A DNA stretch of 61,592 nt from a virus (taxonomy: Duplodnaviria; Caudoviricetes). A program made the position numbers and the translations under genes. Shown piece after piece: positions 10,301 to 21,700 of this stretch. Positions within the stretch are counted from its first letter, which is position 1. The number at the start of each line of letters is the position of its first letter. The stretch is taken from the IMG/VR virus record IMGVR_UViG_3300032561_000023, positions 1-61,592 of that record; one strand, written 5' to 3'. Below the pieces are notes generated by a model that was given only the letters and a program-made list of their open reading frames with translations, was not told where the DNA came from and did not search any database.

Positions 10301-13300
10301 CTTGTTTCAACAGGAGCAGTATTGCCATTAACCACTGCTACTGGAACAATGAACGTTTATGCAGGCGACTGTTTGAAAGATATGTTCCGTGTACGTAACG
10401 GTACTGGTGTTCGTAACATGACATTAACTGGATTGCAAGGAACATTGCTAGCACCAGATGCATATCAAATTCAACGCCCAAGCGGCGGATCTTATTGTGC
10501 GTTTGATCCAGGAACTGGTCCAAACGATTCTACAACTTGGATCGTTAGACGCAGTCCGTTCTTTGAAAACGTAACAACATTTGGAAACGGTGCTTCAGGC
10601 GCAAAGATCGACGGTACACTACACAATGGCGGAAATAAATCCATGGTGTTTAATGACTTTACACAAGTTATTAACGATGGTATTGGTATTTGGTGTACAG
10701 GTCCAGGAGCGTTGACTGAGTGTATTAGTGTGTTCTGCTATTACGGATACACTGGTTACTTTGCAGAAGCAGGCGGACGTATACGTGCGGCCAATGGTAA
10801 TAGTTCATATGGTTCATACGGTGTTATTTCAGAAGGTTACGACCTAACAGAAACTCCTGTAATCGGAACAATTTACAACCAATCAAGCCAAGTTCAAGCT
10901 AGTGTCCAAAGTAGTTTAGGATCTGCGGCTCAATTGATTAAATTAAACTATTCAAACGCTGGTTCTGCTTACAACACTACAACAACTAACTTATTAAATT
11001 ATAGTAACAACTTCTTAGGAAGTAGTTGGAATACTGATGGTAACATCATATTCACTAAAACATTTACAGCGCCAACCGGTAACGTTGAAGCCTATACTAT
11101 GACAGGTACTGGTGCTTCGTCAACTGGCTATATCTATCAGAATATTTCTATAAATCCAGCAGGTGCAACATATACTAACGTACCTTCAACTACTATCAGC
11201 GGTACTGGTGGCGGAGCTACTTTTAACGTTACCGTTACTAATACTTCATACGTCGTTACTGTTAATAACGGAGGTACTGGATATGCAATTGGTAACCAAG
11301 TTAGTATTTCTGGAGCATTACTAGGAGGTAAAGCTAGTGTCAATGATTGTATTATTACAGTAAACTCTTTATCTGGCAACAGTATTTTATCTATTGTTAG
11401 TGCAGGAACTATACCAACAGGCAGTGCTCAAAATTATACTGCTAGTGTTTATGTGTATCAAGGAACTTCTACACAAATCGATATTCAAGCAATTTATTCT
11501 GGAACAAGTACTCGTACAAGTGCAATCAACTACAATTTTACAACTGGTGTGGTTACTCCAAGTAATGCTAACAGCGGATTTTTACCAACACAATACGGCG
11601 CACAAGTTACACTAGTAACTGGCTGGTATAGACTATGGTTTGCATTTAATGACTCAAGCGGTTTAAATAATGCCATCCAATTGAGAATTTATCCTAAAGG
11701 ACTAACTGGTTCTGCAAACACATACAATTATTTGTATGGCGCTCAGTTAGAAATTTCTCCATCAACATTTAGTCCAAGTTTTTATTTAGAAACTCAAGCA
11801 ACGAGATATTCTGCTTATGCAAACTATAATATCACTGGAGCAGGTACCGGAGCATCATTACTTGGAGACGAATTAAGATCTAGTGGTATATTCCAAAGTT
11901 TAGTAACAACTGGCGGTTCTGGATATTTGACTGCAAGTAATAACGCCCAAGGTGGTACCAATCAATACGTTACGCTATCGGCATCAGATGTAAATCAGCC
12001 AAGCAACTATATTGGTATGCGTGTGTTCATTCAGTCAGGCACAGGTGCTGGTCAGTATGGATATATTGCAAGTTTCAATACTACAAGTAAACAAGCCTAC
12101 GTATTGAGAGAATCATTTACTCCTTTACAAATTGCAAGTTCAAGCGCAGTAACTGGAGCATTTACGCTTGCATCCAATTCATCAACAAATTCGTTGTATG
12201 TAGGTATGCCAGCGCAGTTTATTCCAACATACTATACTACATCTGTTACATCAACTTCTTTATCACAGACGACTGTAACACAAGCAACTGGCGGAACAAC
12301 AAACACTCTTACAGTATCTAGTACAGTTGGTTTAACTGTTAATATGCCAGTATATTTTACAGCAGGTAGCGGAGCAGTATTCAGTAACGTTACAGTAGGA
12401 TATACATATTATATTGCAACAATCGTTAATAGTACAACAATTCAAATTGCTACACAATCATTTGGTGCAGTATGGCCATTGACTAGTGCAAGTGGTACTA
12501 TGGTATTAAACTTTACTTCTGGTACAAGTTATATACAAGCAAGTACATCGAATATGACTGTAAATTATCCAATTCAATTTACAGGAACATCAATCGGTGG
12601 ACTAAGTATTGGAACTACATACTATATTAATGACGTTATTGATAGTAATGACTTTACAATTTCTAATGCAACTGTAAGCGTTACCGTAACTGCAACTAAT
12701 TCTGTTAATAATGGATTAACTGTTGCATCAACAGCTAACCTTGCAATATTAAACCCTATTGTGTTTACTGCACCAGCAATTTCTGGTAGTGGCATCGCTG
12801 ATACAACAAAATATTATATCAGCACAATTATAGATGCATTTACATTTACAATTTCATCTTCAATTATTACACAACCAGTAACTGTTACAACCGGCGGAAC
12901 AAACTTAATTACTACAACAAGTACAAGTAATTTTGTTGTTAATCAACCTGTTATTTTCACAGGAACAAGTTTTGGTGGAATTCAAACAGAAACAGTTTAT
13001 TACATTTCAAGTATTAGCGGAGATGGAGTGACATTTACAGTTAGTCAAACACTAGGCGGCGGTACATTAGTATTATCAAGTGCTACTGGGGCAATGGTAC
13101 TAAGAACTTGTCCAGCACCGTTGACGCTTACAACTACTTCTGGTAGTTCGATGGTTGGAGTAAGCACCAGCAAGAAAATTTCTGTAAACTTAGGGTTAGG
13201 CACAATGACTGGTACATTCTCAACATCATTATTTGGGGGTGTAAGTCCAGCAACTACATATTATATTGCATCAATTGTAACACCTGGTACTGGTGGACAA

Positions 13301-15709
13301 TTTACATTGAGTTCAACATCAAACTTAGCAACACCAGTTACGTTACTAACAAAAACAGGTACAATGAACGTTGCGGCTTGCGGATGGGATCATGTTATTT
13401 CAGGATATCCTATTGTTCCAAGTTTAGATTCTACTAGCGTATATTATATCGAACCAAGACCTACATTTAGTGCTCCTGGATTCTATCAATCTGTTGCTAG
13501 TGCAACAGTAACACTAGCGAATTCAGTGAACTGGATTGCAATTGGCTACGGTAATAATACATTTATTGCATTACCAAGTGCAAATGCTGTTGGAGCAGTA
13601 AGTACTGATGGAAGTTTATGGTCAAGTCTAGCATTACCATATAGTGCAAGTTGGACTGGAATTGCGTTTGGTAACAACTATTTTGTTGCAATTAATTCTA
13701 CAAATAGTAACGTAGCTTATTCAAATAGCAACGGAGCAGGTTGGAGAACTAGCACATTACCTAGCAACCCATCTGGTGGTTGGGGATTTGTTGCATACGG
13801 TAACGGAACGTTTGTTGCTCTTAATAAGGGCGGAACATCTGCGGCATATTCTACTAACTTTGGCTTAACATGGACTTCTGCAACAATGCCAGTTAATCAA
13901 ACACAATGGACTGGTTTAGCATGGGGCGGCGGTGTTTGGATCGCAGTAGCAAATAATTCGTCTACAGTATGTTATAGCTTAGATGGAATTACTTGGGTAA
14001 CTTCGTTAACCATCAACGGTTTAGTAACACCGTTAGTGCTACCAACATCTAGCGCATGGAGCGGAATAGCATACGGTAATGGTCGTTTTGTTGTTGTAGC
14101 AAGTGACGGATCAGCACCATCTTATAGCTTTGATGGTATTAACTGGAACCAAGCTAATATAGGAGTAGTTGCAACACTAATAAAATATGGTCAAGGTTCT
14201 TTCGTTGCAGTAAGTAACGGAGCCACTGTTGCATATAACAGTGAAAACGGATTAGATTGGACTATAAGAACAGTTACAAATGACGGATATACTTCGTTAG
14301 GATTTGGGTTTACTTCTGGAAATAATGGAGTATTCCCAACCTTGAGCGGACAAAACGTAGGTAGTGTAATCGTGTCTGGAGTTCGTGCAAAAGGACGTCC
14401 ACAGATTACTTCTGGAGGAATGGTATCAGTGAGTGAATTTGAACCAGGATCTGGATATATTACACAAACAATATCTTCATTTGTGAGTGCAACAGCAAGC
14501 GGAGGAACCGCAGTTTTAACATTCTCTTCAACGCAAAATTCTGTTCCATACTTTAATGGATCAACGATTGTAGTAAGTGGATTTACTCCATCTGCACTTA
14601 ATGGAACATTTATTGTTACTGCAAGTTCAACAACATCTGTAAGTTATTCGCTAGCAGGATCTTATACTGCAACAGTATTTGGATCAGTATCATCTTTAGC
14701 TACATTATCATTTACGGATCCAAACGTAACAAGTTTAGCTTCTGTAACAGTTCGTTCAAGTAACGGTGTACTAGGAAATCCAACATTTGTTAATAAAGGT
14801 ACTGGATACAATAGTACAACTACTTCTGTTGCAATTACTGGTAATGGTTATGCGGATACATATCAAGTTGGATTGAATTTAGTTGTTAATAATCTTACAT
14901 TATTACCAAGTCAAGGTTCAAACTTAACAATTGCCGGCAACACTACACAAGTGTATAAAATTACTAGTGCAACAGCCGTATTTGGAACTGTTGCACCAAC
15001 GCTTCAGGCAAACATTGCAATTAGTCCGGCTATGACATTAGCATTAAGTCCAGGAAACGGTGCAGTAGTTACTATTCGTCAGAAATATAGTCAATGTCGT
15101 ATTACTAACCATGACTTCTTGAATATTGGTTACGGTGACCAGGCAAACAGTAATTACCCAGGATATCCAGCCGCTGGTTATTCGAGTATACCAGGAAACC
15201 AAGTAGTTGAAGTTAACTTTGGTCGTGTGTTCTTTACATCAACTGACCAGGATGGTAACTTTAAAGTCGGTAACTTGTTTGGTGTTCAACAAGCAACTGG
15301 TATTGTTACATTGAGTGCAAGTCAATTTGGATTAAGCGGATTGAGTGCATTGAGTTTGGGCGGTATTAGTGTAGGCGGATCAAGCGTACAAGTTAATCAG
15401 TTTAGTACTGACGGAACTTTTACTGCAAACAGCGATGCAATTATTCCTACGCAGAAAGCTATTAGAACTTACTTAACCAGTCGTTTAAGTCAAGGTGGAT
15501 CAAACACCTTTACTGGATTGATTACAGCAGGTACAGTTCAGATTGGCGGACCAAACTTTATTCGTTCAAGTATTCCTAACGGACAAACTGGTTCCGTAGT
15601 GAAAATGGTGAATAAAGTGTATGTAAATGCTAGCGGAGTTGACGGAAATATGGTGGCGTTAGACTTCTTTATGAACAATAGCGTACATAAGAGCACATCT
15701 CAGCAATAA
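7376..15709 (+). CDS. Giant modular virion structural protein (2777 aa)
   Basis: N-terminal W..g..Y..GDiV.ygG..Y.C repeats (CBM5/12-like), a beta-helix-like middle, W...ayGnG.fva repeats and C-terminal HDFL.IG...GRVFFTSTDQDGNF.VG. Confidence 0.75.
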   Translation: MAQEFKIGRLRFTWAGAWLPGTMYARDTVVSYQGKTYVCLVPNTSSSISFYNDLNASTPLWNLILDGKSFLGIWSTGTYYSLGNIVIFGGFVYYCNTPHTSTTFVSQSGNWSIYTEFTHWLLSWQPNTVYGVNDVVTYGGTVYKCIADHTSAGTLQATGAVATGSQLTINFNAYTVPVFATGTSVTLSGFVPTQINGVYTVVSSTISSVTFNSSIVLGGNISTAGIAVGVSQLGLELNQSAWTVLDQGVSYTGAWTPNTRYKLNDIVQVGGNLYICTQYFVSASSFSYPTSSSWTTNWSVWIPDERYMSAWNSSSVYQVGDIVTYGGNNYINNTIGNQNNVPPFDTTDWTLIVPGSTTPVDWIVGGSYTIGTVVRRNGQLFQAVIDNTAQDPTAISIATTYTAAGSSGTTMVVASTTGVQVGMIVIGAGFSLGQAVNAIPVAGTVTLNYAPDGTLTNGQAINFVGINYTYWKLLNPGVLWTNRWATGNSYAVGDLVIWQNATYQCDQTHTSTALNRPDLDVANTYWKIYVDHFRKNALNTLGDIESYKNGSYNAISAGTTGFVLRSTSNYPTWSQINTSNNVFYVSTLTGLDSPNYGRSWDRPWKTIAYAAAFVGAGTQNPNAVALLTSNKSWMLAEMVQWANYQINNNISPYTTSYAFNSTKAARDAGLIIDAIAYDLARGGNSQTVAAALSFFAYGQTNTFISTAVAADVPYYLPMLSYLNNLISYALGQVAPGTSYQSVNGINPVVYQNTSGPAAEGTTVVQASSLFTYIYTALTNQSTALLPTQNQGVACTIFVKTGNYYETLPIVVPANVAIIGDELRGVVVQPRTNIFTTCTATTAGTNLFTVTSTNGLADQMPIQFADPTISTTAVYTAIGGNVVAGQTYYVIGSTITSTQFSVAQSPTTTFTGNTTINSQTITDVPNIIGLAVGATITGAGIQSGTTITNITTAPSNSSLNSITISTAATATAIGITLVSTGAVLPLTTATGTMNVYAGDCLKDMFRVRNGTGVRNMTLTGLQGTLLAPDAYQIQRPSGGSYCAFDPGTGPNDSTTWIVRRSPFFENVTTFGNGASGAKIDGTLHNGGNKSMVFNDFTQVINDGIGIWCTGPGALTECISVFCYYGYTGYFAEAGGRIRAANGNSSYGSYGVISEGYDLTETPVIGTIYNQSSQVQASVQSSLGSAAQLIKLNYSNAGSAYNTTTTNLLNYSNNFLGSSWNTDGNIIFTKTFTAPTGNVEAYTMTGTGASSTGYIYQNISINPAGATYTNVPSTTISGTGGGATFNVTVTNTSYVVTVNNGGTGYAIGNQVSISGALLGGKASVNDCIITVNSLSGNSILSIVSAGTIPTGSAQNYTASVYVYQGTSTQIDIQAIYSGTSTRTSAINYNFTTGVVTPSNANSGFLPTQYGAQVTLVTGWYRLWFAFNDSSGLNNAIQLRIYPKGLTGSANTYNYLYGAQLEISPSTFSPSFYLETQATRYSAYANYNITGAGTGASLLGDELRSSGIFQSLVTTGGSGYLTASNNAQGGTNQYVTLSASDVNQPSNYIGMRVFIQSGTGAGQYGYIASFNTTSKQAYVLRESFTPLQIASSSAVTGAFTLASNSSTNSLYVGMPAQFIPTYYTTSVTSTSLSQTTVTQATGGTTNTLTVSSTVGLTVNMPVYFTAGSGAVFSNVTVGYTYYIATIVNSTTIQIATQSFGAVWPLTSASGTMVLNFTSGTSYIQASTSNMTVNYPIQFTGTSIGGLSIGTTYYINDVIDSNDFTISNATVSVTVTATNSVNNGLTVASTANLAILNPIVFTAPAISGSGIADTTKYYISTIIDAFTFTISSSIITQPVTVTTGGTNLITTTSTSNFVVNQPVIFTGTSFGGIQTETVYYISSISGDGVTFTVSQTLGGGTLVLSSATGAMVLRTCPAPLTLTTTSGSSMVGVSTSKKISVNLGLGTMTGTFSTSLFGGVSPATTYYIASIVTPGTGGQFTLSSTSNLATPVTLLTKTGTMNVAACGWDHVISGYPIVPSLDSTSVYYIEPRPTFSAPGFYQSVASATVTLANSVNWIAIGYGNNTFIALPSANAVGAVSTDGSLWSSLALPYSASWTGIAFGNNYFVAINSTNSNVAYSNSNGAGWRTSTLPSNPSGGWGFVAYGNGTFVALNKGGTSAAYSTNFGLTWTSATMPVNQTQWTGLAWGGGVWIAVANNSSTVCYSLDGITWVTSLTINGLVTPLVLPTSSAWSGIAYGNGRFVVVASDGSAPSYSFDGINWNQANIGVVATLIKYGQGSFVAVSNGATVAYNSENGLDWTIRTVTNDGYTSLGFGFTSGNNGVFPTLSGQNVGSVIVSGVRAKGRPQITSGGMVSVSEFEPGSGYITQTISSFVSATASGGTAVLTFSSTQNSVPYFNGSTIVVSGFTPSALNGTFIVTASSTTSVSYSLAGSYTATVFGSVSSLATLSFTDPNVTSLASVTVRSSNGVLGNPTFVNKGTGYNSTTTSVAITGNGYADTYQVGLNLVVNNLTLLPSQGSNLTIAGNTTQVYKITSATAVFGTVAPTLQANIAISPAMTLALSPGNGAVVTIRQKYSQCRITNHDFLNIGYGDQANSNYPGYPAAGYSSIPGNQVVEVNFGRVFFTSTDQDGNFKVGNLFGVQQATGIVTLSASQFGLSGLSALSLGGISVGGSSVQVNQFSTDGTFTANSDAIIPTQKAIRTYLTSRLSQGGSNTFTGLITAGTVQIGGPNFIRSSIPNGQTGSVVKMVNKVYVNASGVDGNMVALDFFMNNSVHKSTSQQ

Positions 15710-15711
15710 GA

Positions 15712-15717
15712 TAAATA
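15712..15717 (+). promoter_or_regulatory. Late-promoter-like TAAATA box
   Basis: GATAAATA between the two giant genes, followed by a GAGGA SD. Confidence 0.55.
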
Positions 15718-15743
15718 TTAACAGACCAGAGGAATGAAATAAA

Positions 15744-18700
15744 ATGGCAGAATTTAAATTAGGTAGAATTAAGTTTGTTTACCAAGGTACATGGACTATC
15801 GGTACTTCTTACGTTGTAGACGACGTAGTTACAGTTGGTGGTAAAACATACATTTGTACGCAAAGTAACACAGCATCTGCGTTATTTGCAACAGACTTAA
15901 ATTCCGGATACTGGAGTATTGTAGCAGACGGTTCTCGCTGGACCGGCAACTGGGCAAACAGTACTTATTATCTTGTTGGCGACCAAGTACTTTACGGCGG
16001 TATTATTTATCAATGTACAACTGCTCATACAAGTGCAAGCTCAACAGCAACATTAACCGCTACTGCCGCAACAGCTAATGGAACTACTGCAACAATTACA
16101 TTTAATGCATTAAGTTCAAACATCCAACCATTCCTCGTTGGAGCTAGTATTACTGTTAGCGGATTTACTGCACAATCTGCATTTAACGGAACATATACTG
16201 TAACCGCATGTACTCCTACAACTGTTAGCTATGCATTGTCTCAAACATTAACTGGTACCGTAATGGGTACAGTAAGCGGCACAGGTACATTAGGTTTAGA
16301 AGTTAATCAAACTAGCTGGACAGCTTTTGCAAACAATTTAAATTGGACCAATACATGGTCAACAAACACACGATATAAAGTTCGTGACTTAGTATCTTAC
16401 GGCGGTTACACATATTTGTGTAATACTGCACACGTTTCTGCTAATACAACTGCTTCAGGATTAGAAGCTAACCAAAGTAGCTGGGATGTATTCAATGCAG
16501 GCATAGCATATCAAGGTGCATGGAGCGGTAGTAGTGTACATTATCGTTTAAATGACATTGTAAAATATGGTGCTAGTTTATGGATTTGTACAACTCCTCA
16601 TACATCAACATCAACATTTGCAACTGCAAACTTTAGTGTTTTTGTAAACGGTTTAGAATATGTAACAGGTAGTTGGTCAGGTTCAACAACATACGTAACA
16701 GGCGACATTGTTAACTATGGTGGTAACTTATATACTGCGATTGCTGTTAACACTAACCAAATTCCAAGCACACAATCTGCATCTTGGCAAATTTTTAACC
16801 AAGGTTTTAGCTTTGTAGGTGACTGGTCAAATGCACTAAGCTATAAAGTTGGTCAAGTTGTGCGCCAAGGCGGATATACTTACTTGTGTACCGCAGATAA
16901 TACAGTATTAACTATCACAGCAACAGCAACTACATCAGGAACAAATTCTGTTACTGTTAGTTCTACCACTGGATTAGCCGCAGGTGTTCCGATTATTTTC
17001 ACAGGAACAAGTTTTGGTAACATTACTTCTGGAACACAATTTTATATTCTTTCTGTAATTGACAGTACACACATTACATTAAGTGCAACTTCTGGTGGAG
17101 CAGTTCTTAACGTTACTTCAGCTACAGGTAGCTTAACAGGCGTTACACAAGTACAACCTCCATTTACCGGATATTGGACACGTTTAAATTCTGGTATTCG
17201 CTGGAATCCAGGAACTGCTACTTATACAAACATTGCAGGAACAAACATTACTGGTTCAGGAACTGGTGCAACATTTGATATCACAGCAAGTAAAACTTAT
17301 TATACTGTAACTGTGCATAGTGGTTCTGCTGGTTCAGGTTATGCATCTACCAACACAATTAAAATCTTAGGATCACAAGTTGGCGGTATTAGTCCAGCTA
17401 ACGATATTACAATTACTGTAACAGGTGTATCTACTGGAGCAATTTCAACAATTACTTCAACTGGTTATAGTGTTACTTGGGTATCTGGTGCAACTTATGT
17501 ACTAGGTGATACAGTTTATTTTGGTGCTAACACTTATATTTGTGTATCTGCACATACTTCATTAACTGGAAATAGACCAGATAACGATGCAACTGGCGCA
17601 TACTGGAACGTATTAGCAAGCGGTGCTGAATCGGCAGTATTGACAACACAAGGTGACATGTTCTATTACGGATCAACAGGTCCAACACGTTTACCAATTG
17701 GTACAGATGGACAAGTTCTTCGTGTAAACGGCAACGTGCCAGCATGGCAATACTATGGCCAAATTAACAATATCGTTTATGTTGGCCCAGCAGGTGTAGA
17801 TACTGTTGCCGCAAGTCAAGGTACAAGTATTGACAAACCTTGGGCAACAATTCGTTATGCTTGTTACCAAGTTGAAAATGGCTATTTGAATACAAACTCA
17901 ACAGCACTATTACAACTTAATAAACAATTCTTATTAAAAGAAATCAATAACTATGTTTACTATCAATATAGTTTTAACGTAACTGGAACATCATCGACAA
18001 CATTAACTGTTGGCGGATCTAGCTCGGTAGCACAAACAACTACTACCAACATGTATGTTGGTATGCCAATAGTGTTTACAACCAGTTCAGGTAGTATTGT
18101 TGCAGGTACAGTATATTATGTACAAGCAATTGGAAGCTCAACAACTTTCTCAATTAGTGCAACTTTTGGTGGTTCAGTGTTTACAGTTGGAACAGGTACA
18201 GCAAACGTAGGTACTTATTCTTATAACCAAGCTAAGACAGAACGTGATACTGGAATTATTGTAGACGGATTAATTTCTGACATTGGAAGAGGCGGTACAT
18301 TAAAAACTACCCAAGCAGTACAAGCATATTTTGCAACTAGCTCATCGTTTGCAACAAACGTAAACTCATACGATATTGTTCCATTTGTATCAGCATTAAA
18401 TTATCTTGGAACACTTGCAGGTAACGTTCTTGCTAATACTGCACCAGGCACAAATTACCAAACAGTTTTAGGTGTTCCATCTGGAAGCAGAGCACAACAA
18501 CAGATTAATACAACATACACAGCAGAAACTACTATACCTGCAAGAATTTTACAGTTATTAGCAATCATCACTGGTCCGCTACAACTTGGAAATACAAATA
18601 GTTTGTTACCAGCTGTTACTCCTAACACAACGATTTTTGTTAAGACAGGTACATACAACGAAGTATTACCAATTGTTGTTCCAGCATACACAGCTATTAT

Positions 18701-21700
18701 TGGTGACGAACTTCGTGGTACTGTTGTACAACCAGCAAATGCTAACTTAAACTTAGTTAATGATAGACCAAAATCTATTAACTCATTAACACGTATTCAA
18801 AGTTTAATTCCAAACTTGTTACAAAATACAGTTATAACAGGAACAACTGGAAATACACAAGTACTAGCGACTACAGCCACAACTGGAACAGGTACAGTTG
18901 CAACAATTAGTTTTGCAACTCAAACATCTGCACCATTTGTTGTAGGACAATACATTACAGTTAGCGGTGTAACTCCAAGTGGTTATAACGGAAGTTATGT
19001 TGTCACAGCAGTAACAACAAATAGTGTAAGCTATGCAAACACAACAACTGCAAGCCAATCAGTTGCAGGTATTGTAAGTAGTCAAGTAACAGGATTGCCA
19101 GCAGGTGATGTTGGTAGTACAACTGCGGTAAACACAGTAAACACAAACGTACAGTTAATCAATAACATGATTTACAACGGTTTACCACAAACTCCTGCAT
19201 TTAGTATTCCTGCCGTAACTAACTATAACACATATTATTTGAATGGATTTAGTTATGGTGTAACACAATTACAAAATAACTATAACTTTATCAAAGCAGA
19301 AATTGCGGCCTACTTAAACACATATTATAGTTCTGTATGGACTACATTTGGTAGCACAAACCAAACAGAAACTTTACGTGATGTTGGTTTTGTAGTAGAC
19401 GGATTACAATATGATATGGCTTATGGTTGTAACAACCAAAGTATCATCAATGGTAGTTCATACTATTCCTTGAATATTCCACAAATTTTAACAGCATATA
19501 GTCCAGCGACAGTTGGCGCATTACAAAGATTACAAGCAATCGTAAGTCAGATTGTTCAAGGTCAATCAGTTACAGCTACTTCTGGTAACAGCGTAACACA
19601 GTCAACTGGTGGTAGTGCTGGTTCTGCGGCGGCTGGTGCATTTGCTGGAGCTCGTGTTGCTGACGTAATTTACTGGTTACAAAACGGTTATGCAAACTCA
19701 ACTGTTAATAATATTACTGGTTCAATTAGCGGAACAACATTGACAGTTACAGCGGCTACATCGACTGTAGCTACTGGTGCGTTGTTAACTGGTACAGTAT
19801 TAACAACAACTGCAACAGCTACTAACAGTGGTACAGGTTTAGTATCTCTAGCTAGTACTACTGGCTTGTCAGCTGGTATGGCTATTACATTTACCGCAAC
19901 ATACGGTTCTGGTAACCAATCAACATTTGGTGGGTTGTCACAAACAACTTATACAATTAACACAGTTTCAGCAGGTTCAGGTGTTACATTATACAACTAT
20001 GGCACATCAACACCTGCAACATTAACAACTGGTACAGGCTTAATGACTGCAACAGCAGGCGTTGCACCAGGTACTTATATTGTTAACCAAATTACAAGTA
20101 TAGCAAGTGCCCAAGCCGCAACTACATTAGCAAGCGGTGGTTCAAGTGGTACTAACACATTTGTAGTATCAAGTGCAACTGGTATTGCGGCAGGTCAACT
20201 TGTAACAGGTACTGGTATTCCAGCTGGTTCATATGTTATTTCAACATATACTTCTGGAACAACTGTTACTCTTGTTACAGCGGCAGGTGCTCCAAGCAAC
20301 TTTACAACTAACGGTTCCGGTGCATACTTATTCTACCCAGCAGGTTCAACAGGTACTTACACAGTTAACGTAAGTCAAACTATTACTGGTATTGCATTAT
20401 CAACTAACGCAACATTTACTCCAATCACATCTGGTGCATTTAGTTTCGCAAGTTCAACAGCATTGCAAACAGCTTACAATGCTTTAGTTGCACGTCAAAG
20501 CGAAATTGCATCAGACGCTCAAGCATGGGTGGCAAAATACAATCAAGCATACAATATTAGTGCAACATTAAGTAACCGCGATGCTGGTTATATTTCAACT
20601 GCATTAGCGTATGACATTTTGTTTGGATCAAACTTTAACAGTATTGCTTGTGGTCGTGCATTTAACCGTTTGAATACAAGTGCTCAAGCGTTGTTAGCAA
20701 ACACAAATAATGAATTGTATGCAACAACTGGTGCAATTACATTTATTGGATTCAAAGCGAAAGAAATCGCGGCAAGCGGTGCAACAGTTCAAGCAAGTAC
20801 ATTGATTGATGATATTGTAACTAAGATTAACGGACAAGTTACAACTACATTGTCTACCGCTACAACAAGTACAAACGTATTAACAGTAGCAAGTACAACC
20901 GGTATGGCAGTAAACATGCCAATCACATTCACCGGATTGCCAAGCCCAATCACAACAACTGCTACAATTACAGCTACTTCAACTAACTTAATTACTGTTG
21001 CCAACTCAACAGGATTTGCTGTTGGACAACAAATTTACTTTACTAGTACAGTATTTGGTAACATTGTTCCAAGTCAATTGTATTACATTGCAAGTTTAAG
21101 TGGTAGCACTATCACCGTAAGTTTAACTTACGGTGGCGCCGCAGTTGCATTGGTTAACGGTACTGGTTCTATGAACGTTACAGTTAATAATGCTGGCGGT
21201 TTATGGAACAATAACACCTATTGGATCAACAGCATTCCAAGCGGAACAACTATTACTATTACAAACAGTTTCAAGAGCGGAACTCCATACACAATTACTA
21301 ACACAGTAACAAGTATGACAGCCGCAGTTACAGCAGGTGCAACAGTCACATGGCCATATTCAAATAACCCAATGATTAACGGATCATTAACATATAATGA
21401 TACATTAACGACCATTCAGGGTGCTGAAATTTTACGTGCAAATATCTCATTCCTTGCATACGAAGCCGCGGCTTATACTCTTGCAAGTTATGGTGGTACA
21501 GTAACAGCTACTACATCAAGCACAAACGTATTCACAACAAGCAGTAATCACAACTTTGTGGTTGGAGACCCAGTTGTGTTTAGCGGAACTGTAGCTGGCG
21601 GTGTTGTTGCAGGAACTACATATTATGTGTTGACAGTTCCAAACTCAACTACATTCTCAGTAAGTTCTACTCAAGCAGGTACAGGAACCCAAGCCGCATT

